From: a virus
Taxonomy: Duplodnaviria > Caudoviricetes
DNA length: 64,000 nucleotides
IMG/VR virus record: IMGVR_UViG_3300020577_007013
Reading direction: 5' to 3' (one strand)
Both the position numbers and the translations under genes were made by a program. Shown here in pieces: positions 55,461 to 64,000 of this stretch (position 1 is its first letter; every line of letters starts with the position of its first letter). Under the pieces are notes generated by a model. That model was not told where the DNA came from, ran no database searches, and saw only the letters and a list, made by a program, of their open reading frames with translations.

Positions 55461-56351
55461 TTAGGAATTTTTCATCAACTCGCCTTTCATAATTTCCATA
55501 GATTTTAAGAACATGTGCTTTCCTTTTCTTCCCATGATGTTGAAAAGTCTATCAGAAGATTTCTCCCCTTTTGAAAGAAAATTTCGAATTGCGAGAAGTC
55601 TCATGACATTCTCGTGTTTGTCATCACAGTATTTGTCAATAGAAAAGAGAAGCTTTTCCATGTACCTTAGAAGATTTAATGAGTCACTGTCATTGATTAC
55701 TTTGTCGATGGAGTTGTTTTTCTCATCTTCGATCTGATAGATCTTTTTCTTTTCATCATTCTCCTCATCAAGAGAGACATCTCCGACTTGATATTCGTGC
55801 TTTCCGAAGATCGACAATTGAATCTTACGAACTAAAAAACCTGCGAAAGATCCGAACACATAGAATTGTCTATAGTCATCGATATGTTTTTTATTCCTAT
55901 TTTTGTAGAACTCTTCCATGAGATAAGAAGCAGCTTGATGAGAATGGTATTCTACATCTTGTTCGCTCTCTACTGCATTGATAAAACTCTTATAGATAAG
56001 AGACTTTGCATAAGGTCTAAGATGGTTGTACATTTTAGTGGCGATTGCTTCTGACTTGTTATTCTCATAGAAGTCATCTTGAAGTTGAAGAAGTTCTCTC
56101 TCAGTATTCGGTTTTGAACACCACTTAGTGCCACAACTCGGACATTTTTCTTTCTCTACAAAGTAAGACTTCCGATCTTCTAGCTTCAGCTTGAATTTGA
56201 AATTGCAGACTCTGCAAGTAAAAGGCTTTCCTTTAAGCTTGATCTCTTTCTGCTCGTCGTCGAGACTCTCGAAGTCTTTGTCTAAGGAGTTGAGATAGTA
56301 CTCTTCGAGAAAATCTTCACCAGGCCTTGGAATATAAGGGGTTTTGCTCAT
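55461..56351 (-). CDS. Putative phage sigma-factor-like protein with Zn ribbon
   Basis: CRVC..CPSC; region-2-like LRPYAKSLI...SFAGFL; VSLDE. Confidence 0.5.
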   Translation of the reverse strand: MSKTPYIPRPGEDFLEEYYLNSLDKDFESLDDEQKEIKLKGKPFTCRVCNFKFKLKLEDRKSYFVEKEKCPSCGTKWCSKPNTERELLQLQDDFYENNKSEAIATKMYNHLRPYAKSLIYKSFINAVESEQDVEYHSHQAASYLMEEFYKNRNKKHIDDYRQFYVFGSFAGFLVRKIQLSIFGKHEYQVGDVSLDEENDEKKKIYQIEDEKNNSIDKVINDSDSLNLLRYMEKLLFSIDKYCDDKHENVMRLLAIRNFLSKGEKSSDRLFNIMGRKGKHMFLKSMEIMKGELMKNS

Positions 56352-56575
56352 TTCTTAATTGCTCCTATGACTCTCAATATTGAGACTTTAAAGAAGAGAA
56401 AAGAGAAGTATAAAGCGAATGGAAACCAGAAGAATCCTGTAAGAATCCATAGGCTCACATCCTTGATTCCTAGTAATCTCAAATAGAGAAGTATGCCGAA
56501 AAGAATTGTGTAAGCAAAAATGAAGACCGTGAGTCTCTCACTCTTGAAGTAGTCTCTAATTGTTTGTTCGTCCAT
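56348..56575 (-). CDS. Small two-TM membrane protein
   Basis: Hydrophobic; LRLLG...W pattern similar to 22245-22403. Confidence 0.65.
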   Translation of the reverse strand: MDEQTIRDYFKSERLTVFIFAYTILFGILLYLRLLGIKDVSLWILTGFFWFPFALYFSFLFFKVSILRVIGAIKK

Positions 56576-56639
56576 GAAGACTCCTAATGATGGTCATTAG
56601 TAGTGATATATTAAAGTTTAGAAATTCAAAGGAAATAAG

Positions 56640-57092
56640 CTATGAGATCTTCGGCCAAACGTAGCCTTTCATAGGCTGAACTTCTGGCCAAAGTGGTGAG
56701 TAAAAGTCAGGCTTTTTTCGAACGAGATTCGCTTTCTGAGAATAATGAAGAGCTTCATCTCCTAACCAAGGTGGAACTTCGATTTTTCCTTCTGGTAATT
56801 TCCAGAAATCCATATTGTTGACATATCCTCTGTCAGCCCATTCGATCATGATAATGTTGAGGTACAGTTTCAGACAGTCTTCATATCCTTTCCACATTAG
56901 AACTGCTGGATGAGAAAGCCATCCTCTTCGAACTCTCTTGCCTTTTTTGTTAATCTTGTAAAAGTCGTTTGTCTCAATGTAATGGAGAGCTTCGAGAATT
57001 TGCTTTCCCTCAACTCTCTGTTTTCCAAGTCGCTTCATGTCTAAGCATTTTGCACATTGAACAAAGTCGGAATATGGGAGGAAGGTCTGCAT
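56640..57092 (-). CDS. Pyrimidine-dimer DNA glycosylase / endonuclease V family protein
   Basis: MQTFLPY, LDMKRLGKQRVE, HPAVLMWKGY, PPWLG, YVWP. Confidence 0.85.
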   Translation of the reverse strand: MQTFLPYSDFVQCAKCLDMKRLGKQRVEGKQILEALHYIETNDFYKINKKGKRVRRGWLSHPAVLMWKGYEDCLKLYLNIIMIEWADRGYVNNMDFWKLPEGKIEVPPWLGDEALHYSQKANLVRKKPDFYSPLWPEVQPMKGYVWPKIS

Positions 57093-57100
57093 TATGACAC

Positions 57101-57131
57101 AAAAAAGGCCGAGAGTTTAATTCTCTCGGCC
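57101..57131 (-). terminator. Intrinsic terminator after the microprotein gene
   Basis: GGCCGAGAG/CTCTCGGCC 9-bp stem followed by T6. Confidence 0.85.
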
Positions 57132-57149
57132 CAACTGAAGAGCTGCAAG

Positions 57150-57278
57150 TTAAGCAGCTTTTTGCTTCAGTTTAGCGATGCGGGTTGTGAGGTTCTTCTT
57201 GGAAGTGTTGAAACGGTCAGTCATCTTGGTGAGCTTCACCTGAAGTTTTTTTACCCGTGTTGCTGCTGTTGCTTTCAT
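57150..57278 (-). CDS. 42-aa basic microprotein (not in ORF track)
   Basis: AAAGGAG-N6-ATG; MKATAATRVKKLQVKLTKMTDRFNTSKKNLTTRIAKLKQKAA; lies between promoter copy 3 and a terminator. Confidence 0.8.
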   Translation of the reverse strand: MKATAATRVKKLQVKLTKMTDRFNTSKKNLTTRIAKLKQKAA

Positions 57279-57319
57279 TTGTATCTCCTTTCTTAATTGG
57301 TAGTTATTGTAACAATATC

Positions 57320-57359
57320 AATATAATAAGATTACAGTATAGTGAACAAAAAACGTCAT
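57320..57359 (-). promoter_or_regulatory. Conserved phage promoter copy 3
   Basis: ATGACGTTTTTTGTTCA-N17-TATATT. Confidence 0.85.
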
Positions 57360-57441
57360 TGCTTACAAGATCCCCAGAACGCTCGCGAGACACTTGGTCA
57401 AGAGATCAATATGTATTATAACCTGGCCAATATACAATCAA

Positions 57442-57462
57442 GGGAGGACTCGGGTGACCTCT
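57442..57462. repeat. Partial copy of the GC-rich repeat
   Basis: GGGAGGACTCGGG equals 51894-51906; GACTCGGGTGACCTCT is the reverse complement of 51830-51845. Confidence 0.75.
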
Positions 57463-57651
57463 GATAGACGAGTATAATATGATTAAGATCTGAGGTCTCT
57501 CAGACCCTTATTTCAAGTGAATTGTCTTTGGTTGAATAGCCGATCTGAAGAAGCTCAATAGGATGCTCTAGCCCATACTCACCGACATTTATGATTTTGA
57601 TTTCTGCATCTTTCGGCACACTTTTTGTCAATTCCAGAAAGTCACCTAAGT

Positions 57652-59058
57652 TCATTGGTACTCCTCTGAGAATTCCAATTCCTCAAGCTCTTTGATGTAC
57701 ATTTTTTCAGGAGTTGATTTTTTAAGCTCTTCAATTTTTTCTTCAATCTCTGAAATCTTCTCTTTGAGTTTATCGATTTCTTCTCCAGTGAGATTGTAGA
57801 TCTTGAGAGAGAGAAGCTCATCAATGTAAGTGAATTCTTCTTTGGTAAGAATCTCCACGCATTCTTTCTTTGATTTCTTGGAGAAGAGTTGAGAGTTCGC
57901 TATGTAGTACTTGATGAACCTCATCTTCTCGTTGTGAAATTTGAGATCTTCAGTCAGTTTTTCGATGAGCATTCTTCTTCTCTGCTCGTATTTCTGAAGT
58001 CGAAAGACTATGAAGTAGTAGATGATGTCTTCAGGAGAATCAAAGACTTTGATCTTACCTTCCTCATCCCATAGAGTAAAATTCTCAGTCTCTCTTTTTA
58101 TGAGCTTGAGTTTCTTTAAGAGTTCTTCATGAAAGAGTTGGGTGGTCTCTCTATAAGTCTTTATCGTAAACTTGAGACCATTCTTTTTATTTGAGTCATC
58201 TGTATGGTCTTTAATGAATCCTTTCTCTTCCAACTTATTGAGATGGTCGACGTAGTCGTCTCTGTACATTCCAATCGGAAGTTCAGTAATCTCAATTGTG
58301 GTAGAGTTTATGATCTCATAATTTCCTTCAATTTCGATTTGTCCTTCATCAGTCTTCCGTATCTTACCTTTGAATCCTTTGTACCAAGGAACGAGTTGAT
58401 CTTTCTTTTGTTTTCCACCTTTAAGGAAGTTGAGAATAAAATCACGAATCTCTTCGGGATTGTAAGCCATTGAGTAGGTCGCGTATCCGACTCCCATTCC
58501 TTCACAACCGTTAATGAGAAGTCCTGGAAGAATTGGAACAAAGTAGTCTGGTTCTATCTTAGATTCATTGTCATAGAGATAATTGAGAATTATATCATCG
58601 TCTTTCTTGAAAATCTTTCTGAAATTTTCAGAGAGATAGGTGAAGATGTAACGTCCTGAAGCTGCTTTACCATCATTGAGTCTTGAGCCATAAGATCCAG
58701 AAGGAATGAGTAAATTTAGATTGTTTGAGCCGACATAATCTTGTGCTAATCCGACAACGACTCCTACTAAATTTGCAGCTCCGTGATTGTAAGCTGTCTC
58801 ATAAGCTACTAAGTTAGCGAGTTGTTCTACCTTGATCTCACCAGCATTCTCTCCTCTCTTAATAAGAGTGTGAATAACTTTTCTTTGAGATGGCTTAAAT
58901 CCATCCACCAACAAAGGTATAGATCTGACATTATCATAAATGCTATACTGTTTATAGTCGTTATGAAAAAACTCCGAAACATCTACTTTGTTAGAGAACG
59001 AGTCTGAGATGATTCTCTCATCTTGTCTTTCTGCAGATTCTTTTTTCTTCTTTGCCAT
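57652..59058 (-). CDS. Type IIA DNA topoisomerase, breakage-reunion subunit (T4 gp52 / GyrA-like)
   Basis: RSIPLLVDGFKPSQRK, YNHG, ASGRYI catalytic Tyr, GMGVGYAT, ITELP. Confidence 0.95.
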   Translation of the reverse strand: MAKKKKESAERQDERIISDSFSNKVDVSEFFHNDYKQYSIYDNVRSIPLLVDGFKPSQRKVIHTLIKRGENAGEIKVEQLANLVAYETAYNHGAANLVGVVVGLAQDYVGSNNLNLLIPSGSYGSRLNDGKAASGRYIFTYLSENFRKIFKKDDDIILNYLYDNESKIEPDYFVPILPGLLINGCEGMGVGYATYSMAYNPEEIRDFILNFLKGGKQKKDQLVPWYKGFKGKIRKTDEGQIEIEGNYEIINSTTIEITELPIGMYRDDYVDHLNKLEEKGFIKDHTDDSNKKNGLKFTIKTYRETTQLFHEELLKKLKLIKRETENFTLWDEEGKIKVFDSPEDIIYYFIVFRLQKYEQRRRMLIEKLTEDLKFHNEKMRFIKYYIANSQLFSKKSKKECVEILTKEEFTYIDELLSLKIYNLTGEEIDKLKEKISEIEEKIEELKKSTPEKMYIKELEELEFSEEYQ

Positions 59059-59067
59059 CTTATTTCC

Positions 59068-60921
59068 TTACTTTATTGATAGCCATTCTTTTCTATCATC
59101 AGCTCTTTTCTTATTGAAAGCGAGATCCACCATTTCTGAGCAATTTTTGTCAGGAACAAATTGTACGAGATGATTCGTTTCCATATTCTTAAAATAGATA
59201 TCGAAGTCTTCTGGAGTCGATGTTCCCAAACCTTTATAGTGCTTGATCGTGAATTTCAGATCTTGATTTTCTTTATTCCATTTTTGATAATCCTTCTCTG
59301 TAAAGAAACAGAGTGTCTCATCTTTGAGAAAGACTTTCACATAAGGAGTTACAAATCTGTACATGATTCCTAAGTCAAAGAGTTCAGGCCAGAAAGTATA
59401 GAACATATTTATGAGCTGTCCAGTTATCGAGAATCCGTCAAGGTCATTGTCGGTAAGAATTATAATCTTCCCATATCGAATTTGACTGACAGACTCAATT
59501 TTATCTCCGACTTGAAGTCCGATAATTGACATGAGATTTTTGAATTCTTCATTCTCTTTTAGGTCTGCAACTGAAGCTCCTCTAACATTGATCGGTTTTC
59601 CTCTCAACGGAAAGACGGCCATTGTTTTAGGATCTCTCACATCTTTCGGATTTCCTGCTGCTGAGTCTCCTTCAACCAAGAAGAGCATACATTCAGCTCT
59701 ATTTTCTGAAGTAGCGTCGCTAAGTTTTACAATCTTCTTGAGATTTTTCTTATCGACTTCCTTACCCATCTTACGAAGTTCTTTTTGAGCGGCTGCAGCT
59801 TCCTTAGCTGCTATCCAATCTAAGATTTCCTGGATGATTTCACTTTTTATGACCTTTTTAATAAATTTTTCAGAAACAGAATATTCAGATCCGAATGAAC
59901 TCTTCTCGGTTATTAAGTATTCCTTAGTCTGAGAAGCATATTTTGGATTTATGATAGTGCAATCTAAGAAAAGTAGAAAGTGATTTTTTATGTCAGAAGG
60001 TTTGACTTCAGTCTTATGTTTTTTCTCTATATAGTCTCTGACTCCGCTAATAATTTGATTCATCACATAGTCAATGTGTGTACCATCTTTAGTTATTGCT
60101 GAATTTACGAAGCTGACATTCTCAAAGCCGTTTTCAGAAACAGTAACCCCTATTTTCCAATTACCCTCTTCCTCATAGATGCATTCTGATTTATATAAAG
60201 AGACATAGTCTTCAAAATCTTTGAGTTTTATTGTGTCTCCATTTAGCTTTACTTTTAAATGGGTGTTCGTTCCAGCTATGTCCACCACTCTTTTGTACAA
60301 TACAAGCCTTGTATCCTCATCAAGCTTTGTTTTGAGTCTGTCATAATCAGGAAGGTAGCTTATTTTAGTATAATTTTTGTCTGAATCTGTAATCTTCGGA
60401 GTCGACTTCTCTGAAAGATTATTAGAGAATGTCTGTCTAAATTTTTTCTCTCCATCACATGTTTCTACTATGAATTCTTTTGAAAAAACATTTGTAAGAG
60501 TTGCTCCTAAACCATGAGTTCCTACAGTTGTTCGTTGTTCGTCATCATTAAAGTTTGATCCGGCTTTTGTCTCACTAAAAATCATTTCAGGAACGTATTG
60601 ATTATGTTCTTTATGAATGACGACAGGAATTCCACCGTTATCCCAAACAGAAATCCAACCGTCGTCACCAATTTCCACCTTAATTTCATCCAGATTTTTA
60701 TTTCTCTTAGACTCATCAACTGAGTTGGAGATAATCTCATCGAATAATTTTAAAAAAGCTGGAGAGTATGTCACATTCTTTTTTTCCATCTTATTCAAGG
60801 ACGGATTATAAATCCAAGTCAAGTCAGTGTGAGCTTCAGTATTTCCAATATACATTCCAGATCTTTTTAAAATATGATCTATATCGGAAAGCTTTTGATA
60901 TTTTTGCTCAATTGTTTTCAT
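59068..60921 (-). CDS. Type IIA DNA topoisomerase, ATPase/TOPRIM subunit (T4 gp39+60 / GyrB-like)
   Basis: HILKRSGMYIG, EIISNSVD, DNGGIP, GTHGLG, EGDSA, PLRGK, DNDLDG, YKGLGT. Confidence 0.95.
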   Translation of the reverse strand: MKTIEQKYQKLSDIDHILKRSGMYIGNTEAHTDLTWIYNPSLNKMEKKNVTYSPAFLKLFDEIISNSVDESKRNKNLDEIKVEIGDDGWISVWDNGGIPVVIHKEHNQYVPEMIFSETKAGSNFNDDEQRTTVGTHGLGATLTNVFSKEFIVETCDGEKKFRQTFSNNLSEKSTPKITDSDKNYTKISYLPDYDRLKTKLDEDTRLVLYKRVVDIAGTNTHLKVKLNGDTIKLKDFEDYVSLYKSECIYEEEGNWKIGVTVSENGFENVSFVNSAITKDGTHIDYVMNQIISGVRDYIEKKHKTEVKPSDIKNHFLLFLDCTIINPKYASQTKEYLITEKSSFGSEYSVSEKFIKKVIKSEIIQEILDWIAAKEAAAAQKELRKMGKEVDKKNLKKIVKLSDATSENRAECMLFLVEGDSAAGNPKDVRDPKTMAVFPLRGKPINVRGASVADLKENEEFKNLMSIIGLQVGDKIESVSQIRYGKIIILTDNDLDGFSITGQLINMFYTFWPELFDLGIMYRFVTPYVKVFLKDETLCFFTEKDYQKWNKENQDLKFTIKHYKGLGTSTPEDFDIYFKNMETNHLVQFVPDKNCSEMVDLAFNKKRADDRKEWLSIK

Positions 60922-62149
60922 TGTTCTTGATACCGTCTTCTATTTGAAAATATTTTCTCAGATATTGAGTATAATATTCAAAGTAGAACCCCTCGTAGTT
61001 TTCTTTTGTAATCTCCATAATTCCATTTTTCGAAAAGAATTTGATTATCTTCAAGCAATTCTTATCGAAAGCGTCTGTTGAGCTTATCCTAAGAACTTTA
61101 TATCCGTTCTTTTTAGCTATTTTAAATTTCTCTTTTTCTGAAGGATTTGGATTTTTTGGATCATGCCAGTAGATCCCGTCATATTCGATAATTAATTTTT
61201 TCTCTTCTATTGAGAAATCGTATCTATAAAAATCTTTTTCCTTTCCACCGAAGAGTCTTAGTTCTTTTAATCCCATTGCTCCGAAGTTAATTGTATAGTT
61301 TTCCTTAAGACATTCATAGAGAAATATAAAATATTTAAGAGACTCTTTGGAGGCTTGTCCTTTCCAAAGTCTCATAAGAGACTTATAGTTTCTGATTAGC
61401 TCATCATAATTTTTCGAGACTTCAAAAGCTTTTGTAAGACAATAAAGCCTAAAGACTGTGTAATGTTTTCTTCTTTTGGATCTTTTTCCTATATAAAGAG
61501 AGACTCCCTTTTCGTACCCATACTTGTTAATTTGAAACTTTAGACCTATGGTCGATTGCCTTTCTCTTAATTTTTCTTTCGCTTCTTCTTGAGAGAATCC
61601 TTTTTTAAGCCAATATCCTATTTGAGTTGCAGTCCTATCTTTCCTAGTATTATCGACTCTCTTAGAGAGCTCTGACTGAAATTGAGATCTTAATTTAATT
61701 GAGTCTTCTTCTGAGTGTCCTCTAACTATCCAGTATTCTACATTCAATTTTTTACAAGACCTAGCTTTGAATAAGGCTTCCTCTTGTGTGTAATTGATCC
61801 CTGTCAAAGGATTTATTTTAGCTAGCCAATTGTCTTCTCCGAAAGGAGAATTACGTAAGTAAGAGTCACAATGTTCTTTGGATTTTTTAGAAGCTTGTTC
61901 CTCACCCCAACCTCTAAGTGTCCAATACTTTATTGAATTTTGACTTCTAGATTTTCCAGCTGTACCGATTTTTTCCCTAATCAATTTTGTTAATTGACCG
62001 AATCGAAGTCTAGGATTTGCTTTACAGCAAGTTAAAGAGAAGTCCAAGAGTGACTCTCTCAATTTAGGTTCTAAGTTTTTTATTTTGTAGTCTAAGTATT
62101 CTAGAAGTTCTCTTTCTGAACGGTCTATGACTTTTCCTTTTAAATTCAT
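60908..62149 (-). CDS. Free-standing homing-type endonuclease (repeated YW..[RK]G motifs + Vsr-like nuclease)
   Basis: YWTLRGW, YWIVRGH, YWLKKGF repeats; YDF..IIEYDGIYWH, GYKVLRI. Confidence 0.75.
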   Translation of the reverse strand: MNLKGKVIDRSERELLEYLDYKIKNLEPKLRESLLDFSLTCCKANPRLRFGQLTKLIREKIGTAGKSRSQNSIKYWTLRGWGEEQASKKSKEHCDSYLRNSPFGEDNWLAKINPLTGINYTQEEALFKARSCKKLNVEYWIVRGHSEEDSIKLRSQFQSELSKRVDNTRKDRTATQIGYWLKKGFSQEEAKEKLRERQSTIGLKFQINKYGYEKGVSLYIGKRSKRRKHYTVFRLYCLTKAFEVSKNYDELIRNYKSLMRLWKGQASKESLKYFIFLYECLKENYTINFGAMGLKELRLFGGKEKDFYRYDFSIEEKKLIIEYDGIYWHDPKNPNPSEKEKFKIAKKNGYKVLRISSTDAFDKNCLKIIKFFSKNGIMEITKENYEGFYFEYYTQYLRKYFQIEDGIKNNENN

Positions 62150-62204
62150 ATTGACTAGTTTGAATTTGCATTCAGAGTCCTATCCCATTGCTACCTGACA
62201 AGTT

Positions 62205-62687
62205 TCAGTTCCCCATTTGCTTTTTTAATTTTGAAATTGCTTCGTTCACTTTCTCCATGCTCAGTCCTCTGAACCATCCACCTTCAACATGAACGAAGTT
62301 AGAATCTGGAATAATTCCTTCGACATTTCTTTTATCATCATCGAGAACAAGGTACGGTGGATCTATGTCATATTTTTCGAGGAATTTTTTGATCTCCTTT
62401 CCTCTTGTAGAGAAAGGAATAGTGGGAGTGGAGTAGTAGCTCATTCCTTCTTTATGAAAAGTATATCGACCGAAGATCTTTCTAATTTCTTTAAGAGTAT
62501 AATCTGATTTCCAACAGCGACATGTCATCACAATATCACAAGGAACTTGAGTTAGTAGTTCGTTAAAACTGTCCGCTGACTCTTTATGGAATTTTACGAA
62601 TTCCCATGTGGTATCTTTCCAAGAGTCTTGAGATTTTTGTGTATTTAAGACACCGTCTATGTCTAGAAAAAGTATAGGATATTGCAT
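62205..62687 (-). CDS. HAD-superfamily phosphatase (RNA-repair 'Swiss army knife' type)
   Basis: LFLDIDGVLN, RGKEI, YLVLDDD. Confidence 0.85.
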   Translation of the reverse strand: MQYPILFLDIDGVLNTQKSQDSWKDTTWEFVKFHKESADSFNELLTQVPCDIVMTCRCWKSDYTLKEIRKIFGRYTFHKEGMSYYSTPTIPFSTRGKEIKKFLEKYDIDPPYLVLDDDKRNVEGIIPDSNFVHVEGGWFRGLSMEKVNEAISKLKKQMGN

Positions 62688-62739
62688 GTGATTACGTATA
62701 TTATGACTTTCGAAAAACTGTTGAGCTATTTTTAAAGAG

Positions 62740-62771
62740 AGACAGCCGACCGTTTTACTGATCGGCTGTCT
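62740..62771 (-). terminator. Hairpin, probable terminator
   Basis: AGACAGCCGA/TCGGCTGTCT stem immediately after a stop codon. Confidence 0.6.
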
Positions 62772-62779
62772 ATTGACTT

Positions 62780-64000
62780 TTAGATATCGACTTTCACTTG
62801 ACGAAGATTGAATTCGACAAAGATGTCCTTATTTCCAACTTTTGATTTAAGAACACAATCTTCTCTCGAAGTGAATTCCTTAAACCATTTCTTAGCCATA
62901 ATGACTGAGAATTTTTGACGTTGGAGATCTGAACGAAGTTTGTAAAGTTCAGTCTTGGTTTCTTTGAGTTGCTCTTCCAACCAAGCTTCTTTTACTTTCT
63001 TCGATTTCTCTTTATCGAACTTTTTCTTGTAACCAGCATAGAGTTCTGCCATGATAAGCTCTCTTTCTGTTGGAGCTTTCTTGGCTTCCTCAAGCTTCTT
63101 GACAAGATCTTTGACTGTTGGTTTAGAGAATCCTTTTACAGCAACTTTAAACTCAGTAGCCATGTAGTAATCTGTCGGAGCTGCTGCTTTAGACTCAGGA
63201 GAGTAGAGTCCTTTCTTGATTCCATGTTCTTCAAGAAACTTGACTTGATCTGCTGTCAATGATTCAGACTTTTCTTCTTTGTCTTTCAGACCGTTCAGAA
63301 GATATTTGAATAGTGACTGCTTTTGTTCAAGAGCTGTCTCCTTGTAGACCATATCTGCAATAGGCTTGGCAGAGTCTATCCCTTCTGACATTTTACGATT
63401 TGAAACCGGAATCGATTTAAGTCGCAGAATGAAGATATCTTTCTTCAGTTGAGGACTCTTGAATTTCTCCAGCAACTCTTTAGGAGCCAATTGCTTGAGT
63501 TTCTTCTCAGTCTCTTTACTGACTGACACATAGAGTTCATCTATGTTGGGATATCCGTCCTTGATAAGAGAATAGTTCCGATACACTTTTGTCGGATATT
63601 CTTTTTGGAATCCGAGTTTCTTGAAACCTTCTTTTAATGTGACTGTTCCCGTCAGTTCTGCTCTTACAGACAGATTGAGTTTGGAATCATTCCAAGCCAA
63701 TGAGTTGAAGTAGCATAATTGATTCTGATCTGCCTTGAACTCTGGATATTTCTTATCAATCTCAGTTCCTTTTGAGATCTTGTTGTAAGTCCAACCGTCA
63801 TGACGAGGATAGAAACCAGCGTCATCGTCATTGATAAGGATATCGACCAAGTCAAGGAGACAGAATACATCGTCTTTCGGAACGTAATTCTGAACTTGAC
63901 CTTCTTTGAGACGTTCTGCCGGTGAGAAGAGAGCTTCTCTGATCTCATTCTCTACTCGACCATACTCATCATTTGTTCTTGCATTGTTGAGCTGGTCAAT
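62780..64000 (-). CDS. Large phage protein, C-terminal part (5' end beyond window); resembles phage vWA-containing proteins
   Basis: Frame open from 64000 (IDQLNNARTNDEYGRVE...FCLLDLVD); LNLSV, YRNYSLIKDG. Confidence 0.7.
   Translation of the reverse strand: MDQLNNARTNDEYGRVENEIREALFSPAERLKEGQVQNYVPKDDVFCLLDLVDILINDDDAGFYPRHDGWTYNKISKGTEIDKKYPEFKADQNQLCYFNSLAWNDSKLNLSVRAELTGTVTLKEGFKKLGFQKEYPTKVYRNYSLIKDGYPNIDELYVSVSKETEKKLKQLAPKELLEKFKSPQLKKDIFILRLKSIPVSNRKMSEGIDSAKPIADMVYKETALEQKQSLFKYLLNGLKDKEEKSESLTADQVKFLEEHGIKKGLYSPESKAAAPTDYYMATEFKVAVKGFSKPTVKDLVKKLEEAKKAPTERELIMAELYAGYKKKFDKEKSKKVKEAWLEEQLKETKTELYKLRSDLQRQKFSVIMAKKWFKEFTSREDCVLKSKVGNKDIFVEFNLRQVKVDI

Noticed and set aside
30759-57462. 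Repeats considered as a CRISPR array or IS ends
   Set aside because: Copies are kilobases apart with no repeat-spacer periodicity, no cas genes, and no transposase or target duplication
52056-60921. Inteins or introns in helicase and topoisomerase genes
   Set aside because: Lengths and motif spacing are normal, with no C/S...HN splice motifs or frame breaks
1585-63948. Numerous short plus-strand and alternate-frame ORFs in the track (e.g. 1585-1797, 5236-5634, 7693-8079, 23796-24113, 30404-30814, 57057-57296)
   Set aside because: Antisense or out-of-frame shadows of well-supported genes, with no SD or promoter and low-complexity S/F/L-rich translations
1-64000. Stop-codon reassignment
   Set aside because: TAA, TGA and TAG all end full-length conserved genes, and coding density is high under the standard code

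Overview
AT-rich, gene-dense segment almost entirely on the minus strand, best read as part of a large (jumbo, T4-superfamily-like) bacteriophage genome using the standard code. A spirochaete-style lipoprotein hints weakly at the host. Replication and nucleotide genes: primase, Mre11/SbcD-like nuclease, DnaX-like clamp loader, RuvC-like resolvase, DnaB-like helicase, 5'-3' exonuclease, two-subunit type IIA topoisomerase, dNMP kinase, ThyX and a sigma-like factor. Accessory genes: a nicotinamidase-vWA-PP2C-kinase operon plus pncB, a telA-xpaC-terD-terD-terZ/D-terC cluster, RavA/ViaA-like AAA+vWA, GroES, a PTP-family phosphatase and an SLT transglycosylase. Also two solo TnpB genes, two free-standing homing-type endonucleases and a tRNA-Arg(UCU). 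Most unusual observations: (1) a ~480-nt structured RNA directly after a conserved hypothetical gene (39611-40339), containing two circularly permuted tRNA-like domains with covarying elbow bases; (2) about eleven small ORFs sharing a Y-x-x-K-[ILV]-x-x-[IL]-[ILVF] helix, several carrying motifs resembling capsid or portal fragments, next to the RavA/ViaA pair; (3) three promoter classes visible directly in the sequence, two apparently leaderless; (4) a tRNA with a compensatory C19:G56 swap; (5) a second ~170-nt pseudoknotted RNA; (6) an unannotated 42-aa basic microprotein with its own promoter and terminator. All family assignments come from motif recognition, not database searches.
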